Shown piece by piece: positions 1 through 11,471 of a stretch of DNA of 62,056 bases. The notes below the pieces were generated by a model. The model was given only the letters and a program-made list of their open reading frames with translations. It was not told the DNA's origin and made no database searches. Origin of the DNA: Gemmatimonadales bacterium (GTDB taxonomy: Bacteria; Gemmatimonadota; Gemmatimonadetes; Gemmatimonadales; GWC2-71-9); NCBI GenBank assembly GCA_039915685.1, contig JBDSMU010000169.1:1-62056 (forward strand), read 5' to 3'. The position numbers were made by a program, and so were the translations under genes. The number at the start of each line of letters is the position of its first letter. The stretch's first letter is position 1.

Positions 1-139
1 TTACATCGAATCAGGGATCATCGACGGCGATCCGTTCCAGACTCTCGACGTCAATGGTGTCGGGAAGCTGGTGAAGATGGCCTGCGAGCTGGGCCGGAAG
101 ACGCGGGCCGACCTCAAACTGGGCATATGCGGCGAGCAT
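1..139 (+). repeat. Inverted, diverged copy of a ppdK 3' segment (matches reverse complement of 511..649)
   Basis: Manual alignment gives 15 mismatches in 139 nt, 14 synonymous and 1 V/I. It encodes [46 protein letters not shown]. Confidence 0.9.
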
Positions 140-361
140 CCCGGGAAGGTGCGCCGCGCCTCCTGCGCCCGCGATGATGCACCGGATCCCGCGCGCTTCG
201 GCCTCCGCTGCATACTCGAAGAGCAGGTCGGGGGTGCGGTGCGCTGAGACGACCTTGGCCTCGAATGCGACGCCGAACTCCTCGAGGCGCGTGGCGGCAT
301 GACGCATCACGCTCCAGTCGGAGTCGCTCCCCATCACCACACCCACCAACGGGGCGCTCAC
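129..361 (-). CDS. purE: N5-CAIR mutase PurE, 5' part only (truncated at about 129 by the inverted ppdK fragment)
   Basis: [19 protein letters not shown] and [15 protein letters not shown] motifs. Homology stops after MLAA. Confidence 0.9.
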
Positions 362-3027
362 AGCGTTGCCTTGCTGCGATCGATCGTGCCGCGCGCGGCA
401 AGTGCTGCCTGGGCCGCGGCGAGTCGGGCAATCGGCACTCTGAACGGCGAGCAGGAGACGTAGTTCATCTTGAGCGTCTCGCAGAAGTTGATCGACGCCG
501 GGTCGCCACCGTGTTCGCCGCAGATGCCGAGCTTGAGGTCGGCGCGGGTCTTCCGGCCCAGCTCACAGGCCATCTTGACCAGCTTCCCCACGCCGTTGAT
601 GTCGAGCGTCTGGAACGGATCGCCGTCGATGATCCCCGATTCGATGTAATGTGGCAAGAACATTCCGGCGTCGTCGCGCGACAAGCCGTAGGTCGTCTGC
701 GTGAGGTCGTTGGTGCCGAATGAGAAGAACTGCGCCTCCCTGGCGATCTCGTCGGCCGTGAGCGCGGCGCGCGGGAGCTCGATCATGGTGCCCAGCAGGT
801 ACGGGACGGTGAGCTGGCGTTCGCGGAAGACTTCTTCCGCGACCTGACGGACCACCAGCGACTGCCGGCGGAACTCAACGACCGACGCCACCAGTGGGAT
901 CATTACCTCTGGCATGACGCGACCCTTGCGGGCCGCTACGGTGCACGCGGCCTCAAAAATCGCTCGGGCCTGCATCGCGGTGATTTCGGGATACATGATG
1001 CCCAGTCGGCAGCCGCGCAGGCCGAGCATCGGGTTTGCCTCATGCAACGAGTCCACGACGCGACGCACATGGGAAAGCGGCTTGCCGAGTGCGTCGGCAA
1101 GCGCTTCGAGCTCCCCATCATCGTGGGGAAGGAACTCGTGCAACGGCGGGTCGAGGAGCCGGATCGTGACCGGGAACCCTTCCATTGCTCGGAAAATCGA
1201 TTCGAAGTCACCCCGCTGCATCGGCAGCAGCTTGTTGAGCGCCTTCTCACGCTCGGCATGACTGTCGGCGAGGATCATCTCGCGCATCGCCAGGAGCCGA
1301 TCACCCTCGAAGAACATGTGCTCAGTGCGACAGAGCCCGATTCCCTCTGCGCCGAAATCACGCCCGCGGTGCGCATCAGCGGGTGTGTCGGCATTCACCC
1401 GCACCTTCATCGGGCGAATGCGGTCGGCCCACGCCATCAAGCGGTGATAATGCTCACCGAGCACGGGAGCGAGCAGCTTTGCCTGGCCGAGGTACACGGT
1501 GCCAGTGGCACCGTCGAGCGTGATCCAGTCGCCCGCGCGGACTTCGCGGTCTCCGACACGCATCACCAGCCCTGCTTCGTCCACGTCGAGGGCCTGCGCG
1601 CCGGCAACGCAAGGCTTGCCCATGCCGCGCGCCACCACCGCGGCGTGCGAGGTCATGCCGCCCCGCGCGGTGAGAATCGCCCGCGACGCGACCATGCCGT
1701 GAAAATCTTCCGGGCTCGTCTCGCGGCGTACCAGGATAACGGCGTCGCCCTCGCGTGCGCGGTCGGCGGCGGTGTCGGCGTCGAACACGACCATGCCGGT
1801 GGCGGCACCGGGGGACGCTGGCAGGCCGGTGGTCAGCGCGTCGAGGTCGGCACCTGGATCGATCGCCGGATGGAGGAGCTGCTCCAGCGCATGCGGGGCG
1901 ATTCGGGCGACCGCCTCCTCCTCGCTGATCAGGTCTTCGTCGACCATCTCGCAGGCAATCCGGAACGCAGCCGGTCCCGAGCGCTGCCCGCGCCGCGTCT
2001 GCAGCATGAAGAGCCGACCATCCTCGATGGTGAACTCCATGTCCTGCACATCCCGAAAGTGACGCTCGAGCGTGCGGGCCATCCGTTCCATCTCCTGGAA
2101 AACACCCGGCATCGAATCATTCAGCGAGCTGATCGGTTGCGGGGTGCGGGCGCCCGACACGACATCCTCACCCTGCGCGTTCGGCAGAAACTCGCCATAG
2201 AGCAGTTTCTCGCCGGTCGACGGATCGCGCGAGAACGCCACGCCGGTTCCTGAGCCATCACCCATGTTGCCATACACCATGGTGACGATACTCACTGCCG
2301 TGCCCATCGAGTCCGGGATGTCATGCAGGCGCCGGTAGTCGATGGCGCGGCGGGTGTTCCAGCTCTCGAACACCGCCGCGATCGCTCCCCAGAGTTGTTC
2401 CATCGGAGCGTCGGGGAACGTCTGCCCCGTTTCCTCGGCAACAATCGCCTTGAAGCGGGCCACGATGGTCCGCAGCGCGGCGACCGGCAGCTCGATCTCA
2501 CTGGCGGCGCCGTGCGCGTGCCGCGCCTCCTCAAGAATCTGATCGAACGGTGCGCGGGGCCGATCGTACACCACCACGGCATACATCTGGACGAACCGCC
2601 GGTAGCAATCCCACGCGAACGCCGGATTCGCGCTGCGCTTCGCGAGTCCCTCCACCGTGCTGTCATTGAGGCCGAGGTTGAGAATCGTCTCCATCATGCC
2701 GGGCATCGACACCTGCGCACCGCTTCGCACCGATACCAAGAGCGGGTTCTCCACCCCACCGAACTCCTTGCCGGTTGCTGCCTCGAGGCGTTGGAGTGCC
2801 TTCTCCACCTGTGCCCGCAACCGCGTCGGAAAACTGCGGGTGTCGAGGTAGGTCTCACAAAGGGTGGATGCGATTGTAAAGCCCGGCGGCACTGCGATGC
2901 CGAGGTTGGTCATCTCGGCGAGACCCGCACCTTTGCCGCCGAGGATGTCCTTCATGGCGGAGGTGCCGTCGGCGTGGCCGCGATCAAACGAGAAAACGAG
3001 CGGCTGCTGGACGAAAGGATCGGTCAT
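358..3027 (-). CDS. ppdK: Pyruvate, phosphate dikinase
   Basis: [29 protein letters not shown] (phospho-His), [10 protein letters not shown] and [10 protein letters not shown]. 889 aa. Confidence 0.97.
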   Translation of the reverse strand: MTDPFVQQPLVFSFDRGHADGTSAMKDILGGKGAGLAEMTNLGIAVPPGFTIASTLCETYLDTRSFPTRLRAQVEKALQRLEAATGKEFGGVENPLLVSVRSGAQVSMPGMMETILNLGLNDSTVEGLAKRSANPAFAWDCYRRFVQMYAVVVYDRPRAPFDQILEEARHAHGAASEIELPVAALRTIVARFKAIVAEETGQTFPDAPMEQLWGAIAAVFESWNTRRAIDYRRLHDIPDSMGTAVSIVTMVYGNMGDGSGTGVAFSRDPSTGEKLLYGEFLPNAQGEDVVSGARTPQPISSLNDSMPGVFQEMERMARTLERHFRDVQDMEFTIEDGRLFMLQTRRGQRSGPAAFRIACEMVDEDLISEEEAVARIAPHALEQLLHPAIDPGADLDALTTGLPASPGAATGMVVFDADTAADRAREGDAVILVRRETSPEDFHGMVASRAILTARGGMTSHAAVVARGMGKPCVAGAQALDVDEAGLVMRVGDREVRAGDWITLDGATGTVYLGQAKLLAPVLGEHYHRLMAWADRIRPMKVRVNADTPADAHRGRDFGAEGIGLCRTEHMFFEGDRLLAMREMILADSHAEREKALNKLLPMQRGDFESIFRAMEGFPVTIRLLDPPLHEFLPHDDGELEALADALGKPLSHVRRVVDSLHEANPMLGLRGCRLGIMYPEITAMQARAIFEAACTVAARKGRVMPEVMIPLVASVVEFRRQSLVVRQVAEEVFRERQLTVPYLLGTMIELPRAALTADEIAREAQFFSFGTNDLTQTTYGLSRDDAGMFLPHYIESGIIDGDPFQTLDINGVGKLVKMACELGRKTRADLKLGICGEHGGDPASINFCETLKMNYVSCSPFRVPIARLAAAQAALAARGTIDRSKATL

Positions 3028-4418
3028 GCGGGGACCGCCGCGGCAGGGGAGAATCGGCGAGTGGCCGACGATGTGAGTGTGACTGGTGTCGGATAGTCGC
3101 CCGAAAAGCAGGCGTGACAGTAGGGCGTGCCGTGGCCGGCGGCGTCGATCATCTCGTTGAGCGTAAGGTATTCAAGGGTGTCAACGCCGAGGTACTGGCG
3201 AATTTCCTCACGCGAATGGGTCGCCGCAATCAGTTCGTTTCGGTTCGGCGTGTCGATGCCATAATGACACGGGCCGGTAATCGGCGGTGAGCCGAGCCGG
3301 AAGTGAACTTCACGCGCGCCCGCGGCCCGAATCATCCGAACCAGTCCCTTGCTCGTGGTGCCGCGCACCAAGGAGTCGTCAATCACGACCACGCTCTGAC
3401 CCTCGATCACCTCTCGCACCGGGTTGAATTTGATGCGAACCTTTTCAACCCGGAGTGCCTGTGTCGGGTTGATGAACGTGCGGCCAACGTAATGATTGCG
3501 GATGAGACCGTGCTCCAGCTTCACGCCGGTGATCTCGGAATAACCCAGTGCCATCACGTTCGCGCTGTCGGGGACGGAGAACACCACGTCGGCGCCGGGC
3601 GCGGGATGAAACCGCGCGAGTTGTCGCCCGAGCTCACGGCGCACCTGGTCCACGCTGCAACCGAAGATGGTCGAGTCGGGGCGGGCAAAGTACACCAGCT
3701 CGAAGATGCACCGCGACACACGACGCGGTGACAGTGCCTCGAGGTCGGTGATCTCGCCATCTTCGATGCGCACGAACTGGCCGGGTTCGAGTTCGCACAT
3801 GCTCGCAGCACCCACAAGGTCGAGCGCGCAGCTCTCCGAGGCCACGATGATCCCATCGCCGAGGCGGCCGATGACCATCGGCCGAAAACCTCGGCTGTCG
3901 ACCGCGGCATAAATTGCACGGCCCACCGAAATCACCACCGTGCAGGCGCCGTCGACCCGCTCGAGTGCCGAACGGATCTGGCCCTCGACGTCCGGAGCAT
4001 CGGACCGCGCGATCAGGTGAATGAGCACCTCGGTGTCACTGCTCGACGAGAAGATCGCGCCGTCGCGAACGAGCTCCTCCCGGATCTCATCGGCGTTGAC
4101 GATGTTGCCGTTGTGGGAGACCGACAGCGGGCCGGCATGGTAATTGACGAGATATGGCTGGGCGTTGGCGAGGATGGTGCTGCCAGCCGTCGAGTAGCGG
4201 GTGTGCCCAACCGCTACGTCGCCTGTCAGCCCCGCAAACACCGATTCGTCGAAGCCATCGGCCACCAGCCCCATGACGCGATGGATGCGGGCCCGTTCCG
4301 CCGCATCAATGGCGACGATTCCCGCACTCTCTTGCCCCCGGTGCTGCAGGGCGTAGAGGCCGAGGTACGCCACTCGCGAGGCATCGGGAATTCCGGAAAC
4401 GCCGATCACGCCGCACAT
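3024..4418 (-). CDS. purF: Amidophosphoribosyltransferase
   Basis: N-terminal MCG, LQHRGQESAG, GHTRYST, VIDDSLVRGTT PRPP loop, C-terminal CHACFSGDYP. Confidence 0.97.
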   Translation of the reverse strand: MCGVIGVSGIPDASRVAYLGLYALQHRGQESAGIVAIDAAERARIHRVMGLVADGFDESVFAGLTGDVAVGHTRYSTAGSTILANAQPYLVNYHAGPLSVSHNGNIVNADEIREELVRDGAIFSSSSDTEVLIHLIARSDAPDVEGQIRSALERVDGACTVVISVGRAIYAAVDSRGFRPMVIGRLGDGIIVASESCALDLVGAASMCELEPGQFVRIEDGEITDLEALSPRRVSRCIFELVYFARPDSTIFGCSVDQVRRELGRQLARFHPAPGADVVFSVPDSANVMALGYSEITGVKLEHGLIRNHYVGRTFINPTQALRVEKVRIKFNPVREVIEGQSVVVIDDSLVRGTTSKGLVRMIRAAGAREVHFRLGSPPITGPCHYGIDTPNRNELIAATHSREEIRQYLGVDTLEYLTLNEMIDAAGHGTPYCHACFSGDYPTPVTLTSSATRRFSPAAAVPA

Positions 4419-4421
4419 GGT

Positions 4422-6713
4422 TCAGCTCCCTGCAATGACGTTGCTGTCGGCGGCCATCCGACGGGGGATCGCGTCGAGGTGAAGCTTCCGCAGCCTGCGG
4501 ACATGCCACTTGAACACCCGCTCGCGACGCTGCACTTGCATGTCGCCGTCCGGCTCCCCGACGAGGCCCATGTAATGACAGGGAGTATCGTGCGACGCCG
4601 CCAGTCGCTGCAGCTCGGCGACATGAACGGGAGGGCATGACACCACGGCACGCGCACCCTCCTCGCCGAACAGCCACTGCTCATCGGTGAGTTCGTCGGC
4701 GTGCTGACCCAGCGCGACGTCGCAGCCGAAGGTCGTCGTCGCCCATGGCCCCCCGATGCAGCACTCTGCCAGCGCCACCGCGAACCCGCCGTCGGACAGG
4801 TCGTGCGCGGATGTCAACAGGCCCTTTGCCGCCGCCCCAATCAATGTTTCCTGTATCCCGCGCTCGGCCACGAGATCGACGGCCGGCGGCGGTCCCCCCA
4901 CGCAATCAAGCACGTCTGCCCAGTACGCGCTCCCGCCGAGGTGGCCCTTCGGCCTGCCGATCAGGAGGATTGCGTCGCCCGGGTGACGGAAATGGCTGGG
5001 CACCGCCCGAGTCACGTCATCGAGCAGTCCCACCATCCCGATCGTGGGCGTCGGGTCAATCGCTCCATCTGGATTCTGATTGTACAACGAGACGTTGCCG
5101 CCAGTCACCGGGGTATCGAACGCGATGCACGCATCAGTGATGCCGCGACACGCCTCAACGAACTGATGAAAGATCGCCGGTACCTGCGGGTTGCCGAAGT
5201 TGAGGCAGTCGGTGATCCCCAGCGGTCGGGCTCCCGTGCATGCGATGTTGCGCGCGGCTTCGGCGACAGCACCCTTGCCTCCCTCAAACGGGTCGAGGAG
5301 CACGTGGCGCGCATTGCAGTCGACGGTCATCGCAACGCCGAAATGCGTGCCGGGAACCTGGAGCACACCGGCGTCGCCACCCGGGAGGATGGCCGATCCC
5401 GCACGCACGGTGGAGTCGTACTGCTCGAACACCCACCGCTTGCTCGCGATGGTGGGCGTGTCCAGCAACTGCTCGAGGGAGAGGTGGAGGTCTGGGGCCG
5501 CCTTCGTGGGCACAAGGGCTCTGCGCTCGCGGGCCTTCGGCGATTCCTCGGCAGGCGGCGCATACATCGGGCAGCCATCAACCAGCTCCGCACCGGGGAT
5601 CGCCGCGACCGTACGACCGTCATGGATCACGCGGAAGATGCCATCGTCGGTGACCCGACCGACTGGTGTCGCGTCGAGTTCCCACTTCCGGCAAATCGCC
5701 TGGATCCGTTCGACCTGATGCGGCTCGGCGACGACGAGCATCCGTTCCTGCGATTCGGAGAGCATGATCTCGTACGGGGTCATCCCCGGCTCGCGAGTCG
5801 GGACGAGCGACGTGTCGAGTTCGACGCCCACGCCACCTCGCGCCGCCATCTCGGCTGAAGACGACGTGAGCCCCGCCGCGCCCATGTCCTGAATCGCGAC
5901 GATCTGTCCGGAGGTAATGAGTTCCAGCGATGCCTCGAGCAGAAGCTTCTCGGTGAACGGATCGCCTACCTGAACTTGGGGCCGACGCTTCTCGCTCTCG
6001 GCCGTGAGATCCTCCGACGCGAACGACGCACCGTGGATGCCGTCGCGTCCAGTGCTGGCGCCAACCGTGAGCAGCACGTTGCCGACGCCGTGCGCGCGGG
6101 CAGTGGCGAGGTCGGTCTCGCGGAGCAGCCCGACCGCCATCGCGTTCACCAGTGGATTGCCGCTGTAGCACGACGAGAACGACACCTCGCCACCCAGTGT
6201 TGGCACCCCCATGCAGTTGCCGTAGTCACCGACGCCTTTGACGATCCCGGCGAAGAGGTAGCGATTGCGTGGGTCGTCCAGCGGACCGAGACGAAGCGAA
6301 TTGAGCACGGCAACCGGACGGGCACCCATCGTGAACACGTCGCGGAGGATCCCGCCGACACCGGTGGCCGCGCCCTGGTACGGCTCTACAGCGCTCGGAT
6401 GGTTATGCGACTCGATCTTGAACGCGACCGCCCAGCCATCAGGCAGCCGGAGAACCCCGGCGTTCTCGCCCGGCCCCTGAACCACCTGCGGCCCCGCCGT
6501 GGGAAAGCGGCGGAGGATGGGCTTGGTGTGCTTGTACGAGCAGTGCTCCGACCACAGCGCCGAGAAGATGCCAATTTCGGTGAGGGTGGGGGTGCGTCCG
6601 AGCAACCGCTCGATGGCGGTGAACTCGAGCTCGTTGATTTTGTGCTCCCGAACCACCGCCTCGGTGACCGGTCGCTCTCCAGGAAAGGCCTCAGCGTGAA
6701 CGACGGCAGTCAT
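4422..6713 (-). CDS. purL: FGAM synthase large subunit (small-form PurL)
   Basis: [33 protein letters not shown] and TGGNVSLYN motifs. Confidence 0.97.
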   Translation of the reverse strand: MTAVVHAEAFPGERPVTEAVVREHKINELEFTAIERLLGRTPTLTEIGIFSALWSEHCSYKHTKPILRRFPTAGPQVVQGPGENAGVLRLPDGWAVAFKIESHNHPSAVEPYQGAATGVGGILRDVFTMGARPVAVLNSLRLGPLDDPRNRYLFAGIVKGVGDYGNCMGVPTLGGEVSFSSCYSGNPLVNAMAVGLLRETDLATARAHGVGNVLLTVGASTGRDGIHGASFASEDLTAESEKRRPQVQVGDPFTEKLLLEASLELITSGQIVAIQDMGAAGLTSSSAEMAARGGVGVELDTSLVPTREPGMTPYEIMLSESQERMLVVAEPHQVERIQAICRKWELDATPVGRVTDDGIFRVIHDGRTVAAIPGAELVDGCPMYAPPAEESPKARERRALVPTKAAPDLHLSLEQLLDTPTIASKRWVFEQYDSTVRAGSAILPGGDAGVLQVPGTHFGVAMTVDCNARHVLLDPFEGGKGAVAEAARNIACTGARPLGITDCLNFGNPQVPAIFHQFVEACRGITDACIAFDTPVTGGNVSLYNQNPDGAIDPTPTIGMVGLLDDVTRAVPSHFRHPGDAILLIGRPKGHLGGSAYWADVLDCVGGPPPAVDLVAERGIQETLIGAAAKGLLTSAHDLSDGGFAVALAECCIGGPWATTTFGCDVALGQHADELTDEQWLFGEEGARAVVSCPPVHVAELQRLAASHDTPCHYMGLVGEPDGDMQVQRRERVFKWHVRRLRKLHLDAIPRRMAADSNVIAGS

Positions 6714-7414
6714 GCGGGCACCGCAGCGCCAAGCCGATCGACCAGGGATGTGAAGACCCGGTGTCCGGCGTCGGATCCCAAAACAGCGTCGGCAAGACGC
6801 TCGGGATGGGGCATGAAACCGACCACATTGCCGGCCTCATTGCAGATGCCCGCTATGTCACGGGCAGACCCGTTCGGGTTGTGCGGAGCGTCGGCGCCAA
6901 CTTCCTGCACGTATCGCATCACCACAAGTCCGTCGCCTTCGAGGCGGTCGAGCGTGTCAGCGTCAGCGACGTAGCGTCCCTCGCCGTGCGCAACCGGAAT
7001 GCGGATCAGATCGCCGACCGTGAACCCGCTGGTGCACGCCGTGTCCGTGCGCTCGATCCGAACGTCGACCGGTCGGGACGTGAATCGTTGTTGCGCGTTG
7101 CGCAGTAGCGCGCCTGGCAGCAAGCCAGCCTCGCAGGCGATCTGGAAACCGTTGCAAATGCCGATCACGACGCCGCCAGCCTCGGCGTGAGCGCGTACGG
7201 CGTCCATGACTGGCGCGAACCGAGCGATGGCACCGGAACGGAGGTAGTCGCCGTAGGAGAATCCGCCCGGAAGCAGGACGGCATCAACGCTGTCGAGCGA
7301 GGTGGCACGGTAGTCGAGCAGGACACCTGATGCGCCGGCGCGCTCAACCGCCGCTATTGTCTCGTCCTCGCAGTTGCTGCCGGGAAATCGGACCACCCCA
7401 ATGCGTGTGGTCAC
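6710..7414 (-). CDS. purQ: FGAM synthase glutaminase subunit
   Basis: [24 protein letters not shown] and MPHPER. Confidence 0.97.
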   Translation of the reverse strand: MTTRIGVVRFPGSNCEDETIAAVERAGASGVLLDYRATSLDSVDAVLLPGGFSYGDYLRSGAIARFAPVMDAVRAHAEAGGVVIGICNGFQIACEAGLLPGALLRNAQQRFTSRPVDVRIERTDTACTSGFTVGDLIRIPVAHGEGRYVADADTLDRLEGDGLVVMRYVQEVGADAPHNPNGSARDIAGICNEAGNVVGFMPHPERLADAVLGSDAGHRVFTSLVDRLGAAVPA

Positions 7415-7659
7415 GCGTCAACCTCGATCGCGTAATCCTCGGTCACCGGGTTGGCGAGCAGGCGATCACACATTGCTCGTGCCGCAGCGCGTGCCTCGTC
7501 GGCCGATCGCGCGTCGATGGCGAACTCGATGGCCTTGCCAACCCGCACGGAGCGAACACCGGCGAAACCGAGCGAGCCGAGGGCGTGTTCGACGGCCTGA
7601 CCCTGTGGATCGAGTAATCCGGGACGCGGAATCACCCGCACGTGAACACGAAAGTTCAT
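7411..7659 (-). CDS. purS: FGAM synthase subunit PurS
   Basis: LDPQGQAV, VRVGK and LLANPVTEDY. 82 aa. Confidence 0.95.
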   Translation of the reverse strand: MNFRVHVRVIPRPGLLDPQGQAVEHALGSLGFAGVRSVRVGKAIEFAIDARSADEARAAARAMCDRLLANPVTEDYAIEVDA

Positions 7660-8489
7660 CCGTCCTGCTCCTGGCGATTCTCTCGCCGCCGCCGATGCCG
7701 CGCAATGTCTCCCCGTTCGGAATCGTCGGGCTCATCGTTGCGATTCAGGTTGATCACGAGTGAGCGGAGCAGCCCGAACGCCATATATGTCAAGCCGAGC
7801 GGAAAGAAGAAGTACGCCGGAACGGTAAGCGCGCCGACGAGCAGTCCGATGTAGAGCGCAAGCCCTGCCAGCCGGGCTGTACCACGAAAACCAGCTGCCG
7901 GAAATTTCGGGTACTTGACGTTGCTTACCATCAACACCGAGATCAGGACGATCAGCGCCACGAGGCCCTGGTGCTGCAGGTCGAAATAGGCGAGGGACCG
8001 TCCGTACCAATCAGTCTGCGAAAAAGCGTAGTACACCGCGAGTGTGATGCCGGCTGCTGGAGATGGGAGGCCGGTGAACCACGACGAGTACTTCCCACTG
8101 CTCTGGGCGGCGATAACGTTGTAGCGCGCGAGGCGCACGGCGGCCGCCACGACATACAGGAAGCAAATCACCCACGCGAACCGACCAGCCGTGGAGAACT
8201 CCAGGAAGTACATGATCAGCGCTGGGGCGACACCGAACGAGATGACATCAACCAGCGAATCGAGTTCGGCGCCGAAGCGCGAACCTGTGTTCGACATTCT
8301 CGCGACGCGACCGTCGAGTGTGTCGAGAATGGCCGCGAACACGATGAACCAGCCTGCCCAGACATAATTGCCATTGTACGCCGAGACGATTGACCAGATG
8401 CCGAAAAAGAGGTTCCCGAGGGTGAACGCACTCGGCACCACGACGACGACCCGGCGCATCGCGGTGCGACGCGCGGGGGGGCTGCTCAT
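7656..8489 (-). CDS. pssA: CDP-diacylglycerol--serine O-phosphatidyltransferase
   Basis: PSAFTLGNLFFG and the DGRVAR...FGAELDSLVDVISFG CDP-alcohol phosphotransferase motif. Start placed at the ATGA overlap with the psd stop. Confidence 0.92.
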   Translation of the reverse strand: MSSPPARRTAMRRVVVVVPSAFTLGNLFFGIWSIVSAYNGNYVWAGWFIVFAAILDTLDGRVARMSNTGSRFGAELDSLVDVISFGVAPALIMYFLEFSTAGRFAWVICFLYVVAAAVRLARYNVIAAQSSGKYSSWFTGLPSPAAGITLAVYYAFSQTDWYGRSLAYFDLQHQGLVALIVLISVLMVSNVKYPKFPAAGFRGTARLAGLALYIGLLVGALTVPAYFFFPLGLTYMAFGLLRSLVINLNRNDEPDDSERGDIARHRRRRENRQEQDG

Positions 8490-9112
8490 TTCCATCGCGC
8501 GATCACCGTCTCGCCCGCCGTTGTCATCTCACCTTCCTTGACCAGCACCTCGACGCCCGGCGGCACGAAGACGTCGACCCGCGATCCAAACCTGATCAAT
8601 CCCATGCGATCACCCTGCCGGGCGATCACGCCTTCGCCGTCGTCGGTGATGATCCGCCGGGCAATCAGGCCGGCGATCTGGCGGGTAAGAATCGGCCCGT
8701 GAACAGTGGTGATGCCGACGTCGCTCTGCTCATTCTCGAGGGCGGCCTTGTCGTCGGCGGCATTGAAAAACTTGCCCGGACGGTAGCGCCGAAAGGTGAT
8801 CGGGCCGTCGACGGGATACCGATTCACATGGACGTTAAAGACGTTCATGAAGATCGAGATACGGGTTGCGGAGCCGGCGATGACATCGGGCTCGTGCATC
8901 GGGATCACGCTCACCACCTTGCCGTCGGCTGGCGCGATGATCACCTCGTTGCCCCGAGGCCCGCTCCGCACCGGGTCGCGAAAGAAGACCAGCAGCCAGA
9001 TGGCGATCGGCAGCCACAGGGCGGCCGCAATCCACCATCCCAATCCCGCCAGCACGAGCTGTAAGACCCATCCGCCAATGATGAACGGCCATCCTTCGGG
9101 AGCAATGCGCAT
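8486..9112 (-). CDS. psd: Phosphatidylserine decarboxylase proenzyme (short form)
   Basis: FFRDP, APADG, IFMNVFNVHVNRYP and IRFGSRVD self-cleavage site. Start MRIAPEG. Confidence 0.93.
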   Translation of the reverse strand: MRIAPEGWPFIIGGWVLQLVLAGLGWWIAAALWLPIAIWLLVFFRDPVRSGPRGNEVIIAPADGKVVSVIPMHEPDVIAGSATRISIFMNVFNVHVNRYPVDGPITFRRYRPGKFFNAADDKAALENEQSDVGITTVHGPILTRQIAGLIARRIITDDGEGVIARQGDRMGLIRFGSRVDVFVPPGVEVLVKEGEMTTAGETVIARWK

Positions 9113-10035
9113 CAGGAATACTCCTGCAGGGCGTGGCCGGTGATCCGGCGAAACGCCTCGGTATATCGATTGGAAGTGGCTGCGACGACATGGTCGGGCA
9201 GCGGGGGAGGGGGAGCGTCGCCGTTCCAACGTCCAGCGGTGCGCTCAGTGGCGAGCCAGTCGCGAAGCGGTTGCTTGTCGAAACTGGGCTGGCCCCGGCC
9301 GGGATGGTATGTGTCGGCAGGCCAGAAACGCGAGCTGTCGGGTGTGAGCACCTCGTCGATCAGCAGCGGGTGACCGGTGCGGTCGAGCCCGAACTCGAAT
9401 TTGGTGTCGGCGATGATCAGACTGCTTTGGGCAGCCCGGTCGCGGCCGGCCGCATACAGCGCGAGCGACGTATCGCGCAGCGTGTTCGCGAGGTCCGGAC
9501 CGAGCGCTGCGCGCATGGTGTGGAAGGTCACGTTCTCGTCGTGGCCCGTCTCGGCTTTCGTCGCGGGCGAGAAAATCGGGGGATCAAGGCGTGACGACTC
9601 GACAAGCCCTTGAGGAAGGCGCTCATCGGCGAGCGTGCCGCGCTGTTTGTACTCCAGCCACGCGGAGCCGGCGAGATACCCGCGGACGACGCATTCGAAG
9701 GCCACCGGCGCGGTGCGGTGCACCAGCATTGCGCGACCCTCGATTTCGTCGCGGTGCGGCCCAATGGACGGGATCGCCTCTAGAATGGTGTCGGTGTCGG
9801 CGGTGATGAAATGCGAGGCCGTAACGCCGGCCAACTGCTCGAACCAGTATGCCGAGAGTTGGGTCAATACCGCACCTTTGTGGGGCACCGCCTCGGCCAT
9901 CACGACATCGAAGGCGCTGACCCGGTCGCTGGCCACGATGAGAAGGCGGTCGGCGTCGACTCCGTACACCTCGCGCACCTTGCCGCGGCGCCAGAGTGTG
10001 AGCGGAAGGTCGCTCGCGGTCATCGGGGCGGTCAT
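9112..10035 (-). CDS. purC: SAICAR synthetase
   Basis: [31 protein letters not shown] and [12 protein letters not shown]. Confidence 0.97.
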   Translation of the reverse strand: MTAPMTASDLPLTLWRRGKVREVYGVDADRLLIVASDRVSAFDVVMAEAVPHKGAVLTQLSAYWFEQLAGVTASHFITADTDTILEAIPSIGPHRDEIEGRAMLVHRTAPVAFECVVRGYLAGSAWLEYKQRGTLADERLPQGLVESSRLDPPIFSPATKAETGHDENVTFHTMRAALGPDLANTLRDTSLALYAAGRDRAAQSSLIIADTKFEFGLDRTGHPLLIDEVLTPDSSRFWPADTYHPGRGQPSFDKQPLRDWLATERTAGRWNGDAPPPPLPDHVVAATSNRYTEAFRRITGHALQEYS

Positions 10036-11471
10036 ACCCTGAGCGCTCCGGCGTCGGCATCCCGGGCAAGCGGGGCGGCGTCCGCGATCAGGCCATCGAG
10101 GTATTCGCGATGAAAATCCGCCACCTGTTCGGGCGCGCGGCCGACGTAGCGAGCTGGATCAAGTTCCGCAGCGAGAGCGAACCGATCGACACCGGCGAAT
10201 GCGTCGTCGCCAGTCAGCCGATCGATCAGGTCGTTTGATTCCCCTGCGCCCACCCGCTCCGACGCGGCGATCGAATGCACCCGAATCACCTCATGCAATG
10301 CCTGGCGATCGCCACCGGCTCGCACCGCGAGCATCAACCACCGTTCCGTCGCCATGAATGGCATCTGCTCCGATACGTGACGGGCGATCACCACCGGCCG
10401 GATCTCGAGACCCCCGGCAATGTTCAGCGCGAGCAGGAGGATGGCGTCCACGGAAAGAAACGCCTCCGGAAGGGTGAGCCGCCGGTTGGCCGAGTCGTCG
10501 AGGGTGCGCTCGAGCCATTGGGCGGCCGCAGTATGCGCGCCGTTGGCCTGTAGCGTGATGACATGCCTCGCCAGTGACCCCATCCGTTCGGCGCGCATCG
10601 GGTTGCGTTTGTAGGCCATCGCACTCGATCCGATCTGCTCCGACTCGAACGGCTCGAGCAACTCGCCCTCGTGCTGCAGCAGCCGGAGGTCGCCACCAAA
10701 CTTGGCCGCCGACTGCGCGATCCCGCTGAGCACATCGAGGACATGCGCGTCGAGCTTTCGGGGATAGGTCTGACCGGTGACGGCGTAGGCACGGTCCATC
10801 CCCAGTTTGCGCACCACCCGCTGCTCGAGGTCGCGCACCTTGGCGTGGTCCCCAGCAAACAACTCCAGAAATGAGGCCTGCGTGCCGGTGGTGCCTTTGC
10901 AGCCGCGAAGACGAAGCGTCCGAAGTAGCTCGACCATCCTCTCGATGTCGAGGGCGAGGTCCTGGGCCCAGAGTGTCGCGCGCTTGCCGACCGTGGTGAG
11001 TTGGGCCGGCTGGAAGTGGGTGTACGCGAGACATGGTACGCCGGCGTGCTGGTCGGCGAACTTGCGCAGGGCCGACACCACGCTGATCACCCGACCGAGG
11101 GTCACCTGCAGCGCCTCGCGCATCACCAGCACGTCGGCGTTGTCGGTCACGAATGCTGAGGTGGCACCAAGGTGCAGGTAGGGGCGTGCGGCCGGAGCCT
11201 GTTCCCCGAACGCGTGGACATGCGCCATCACGTCGTGGCGAAAACGACGTTCATAGTCGGCGGCACTGTCCAGGTCAACATCATCAAGATGCTCGCGCAT
11301 CGCCTCGAGCGCCGACGCGGGGATCTCCAGCCCGAGCTCGTGCTCCGCCTCGGCAAGGGCGAGCCACACCCGGCGCCACCGCCCAATCTTGTACTCCTCG
11401 CTCCACAGCCGCTGCATGGCGGGGGACGCGTAACGAGTGCCCAACGGCGACACCCAACGGGGCTGGGTCAT
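10032..11471 (-). CDS. purB: Adenylosuccinate lyase
   Basis: RHDVMAH, HLGATS, THFQPAQ and [11 protein letters not shown] signature. Confidence 0.97.
   Translation of the reverse strand: MTQPRWVSPLGTRYASPAMQRLWSEEYKIGRWRRVWLALAEAEHELGLEIPASALEAMREHLDDVDLDSAADYERRFRHDVMAHVHAFGEQAPAARPYLHLGATSAFVTDNADVLVMREALQVTLGRVISVVSALRKFADQHAGVPCLAYTHFQPAQLTTVGKRATLWAQDLALDIERMVELLRTLRLRGCKGTTGTQASFLELFAGDHAKVRDLEQRVVRKLGMDRAYAVTGQTYPRKLDAHVLDVLSGIAQSAAKFGGDLRLLQHEGELLEPFESEQIGSSAMAYKRNPMRAERMGSLARHVITLQANGAHTAAAQWLERTLDDSANRRLTLPEAFLSVDAILLLALNIAGGLEIRPVVIARHVSEQMPFMATERWLMLAVRAGGDRQALHEVIRVHSIAASERVGAGESNDLIDRLTGDDAFAGVDRFALAAELDPARYVGRAPEQVADFHREYLDGLIADAAPLARDADAGALRV

Noticed and set aside
11-361. 116-aa ORF as a novel PurE fusion protein
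   Set aside because: Its C-terminal part is only the antisense reading of the ppdK fragment beyond the chimeric junction.
1-649. Diverged repeat pair as a diversity-generating retroelement TR/VR
   Set aside because: The mismatches are third-codon synonymous changes, not adenine-specific. The copy is inverted and no reverse transcriptase is present.
1042-2253. Long antisense and alternative-frame ORFs (e.g. 1042..2253, 13310..14611, 19963..21246, 42098..43291, 57897..59129)
   Set aside because: They are shadow ORFs expected from GC-rich codon usage opposite well-conserved genes, with no recognisable motifs.
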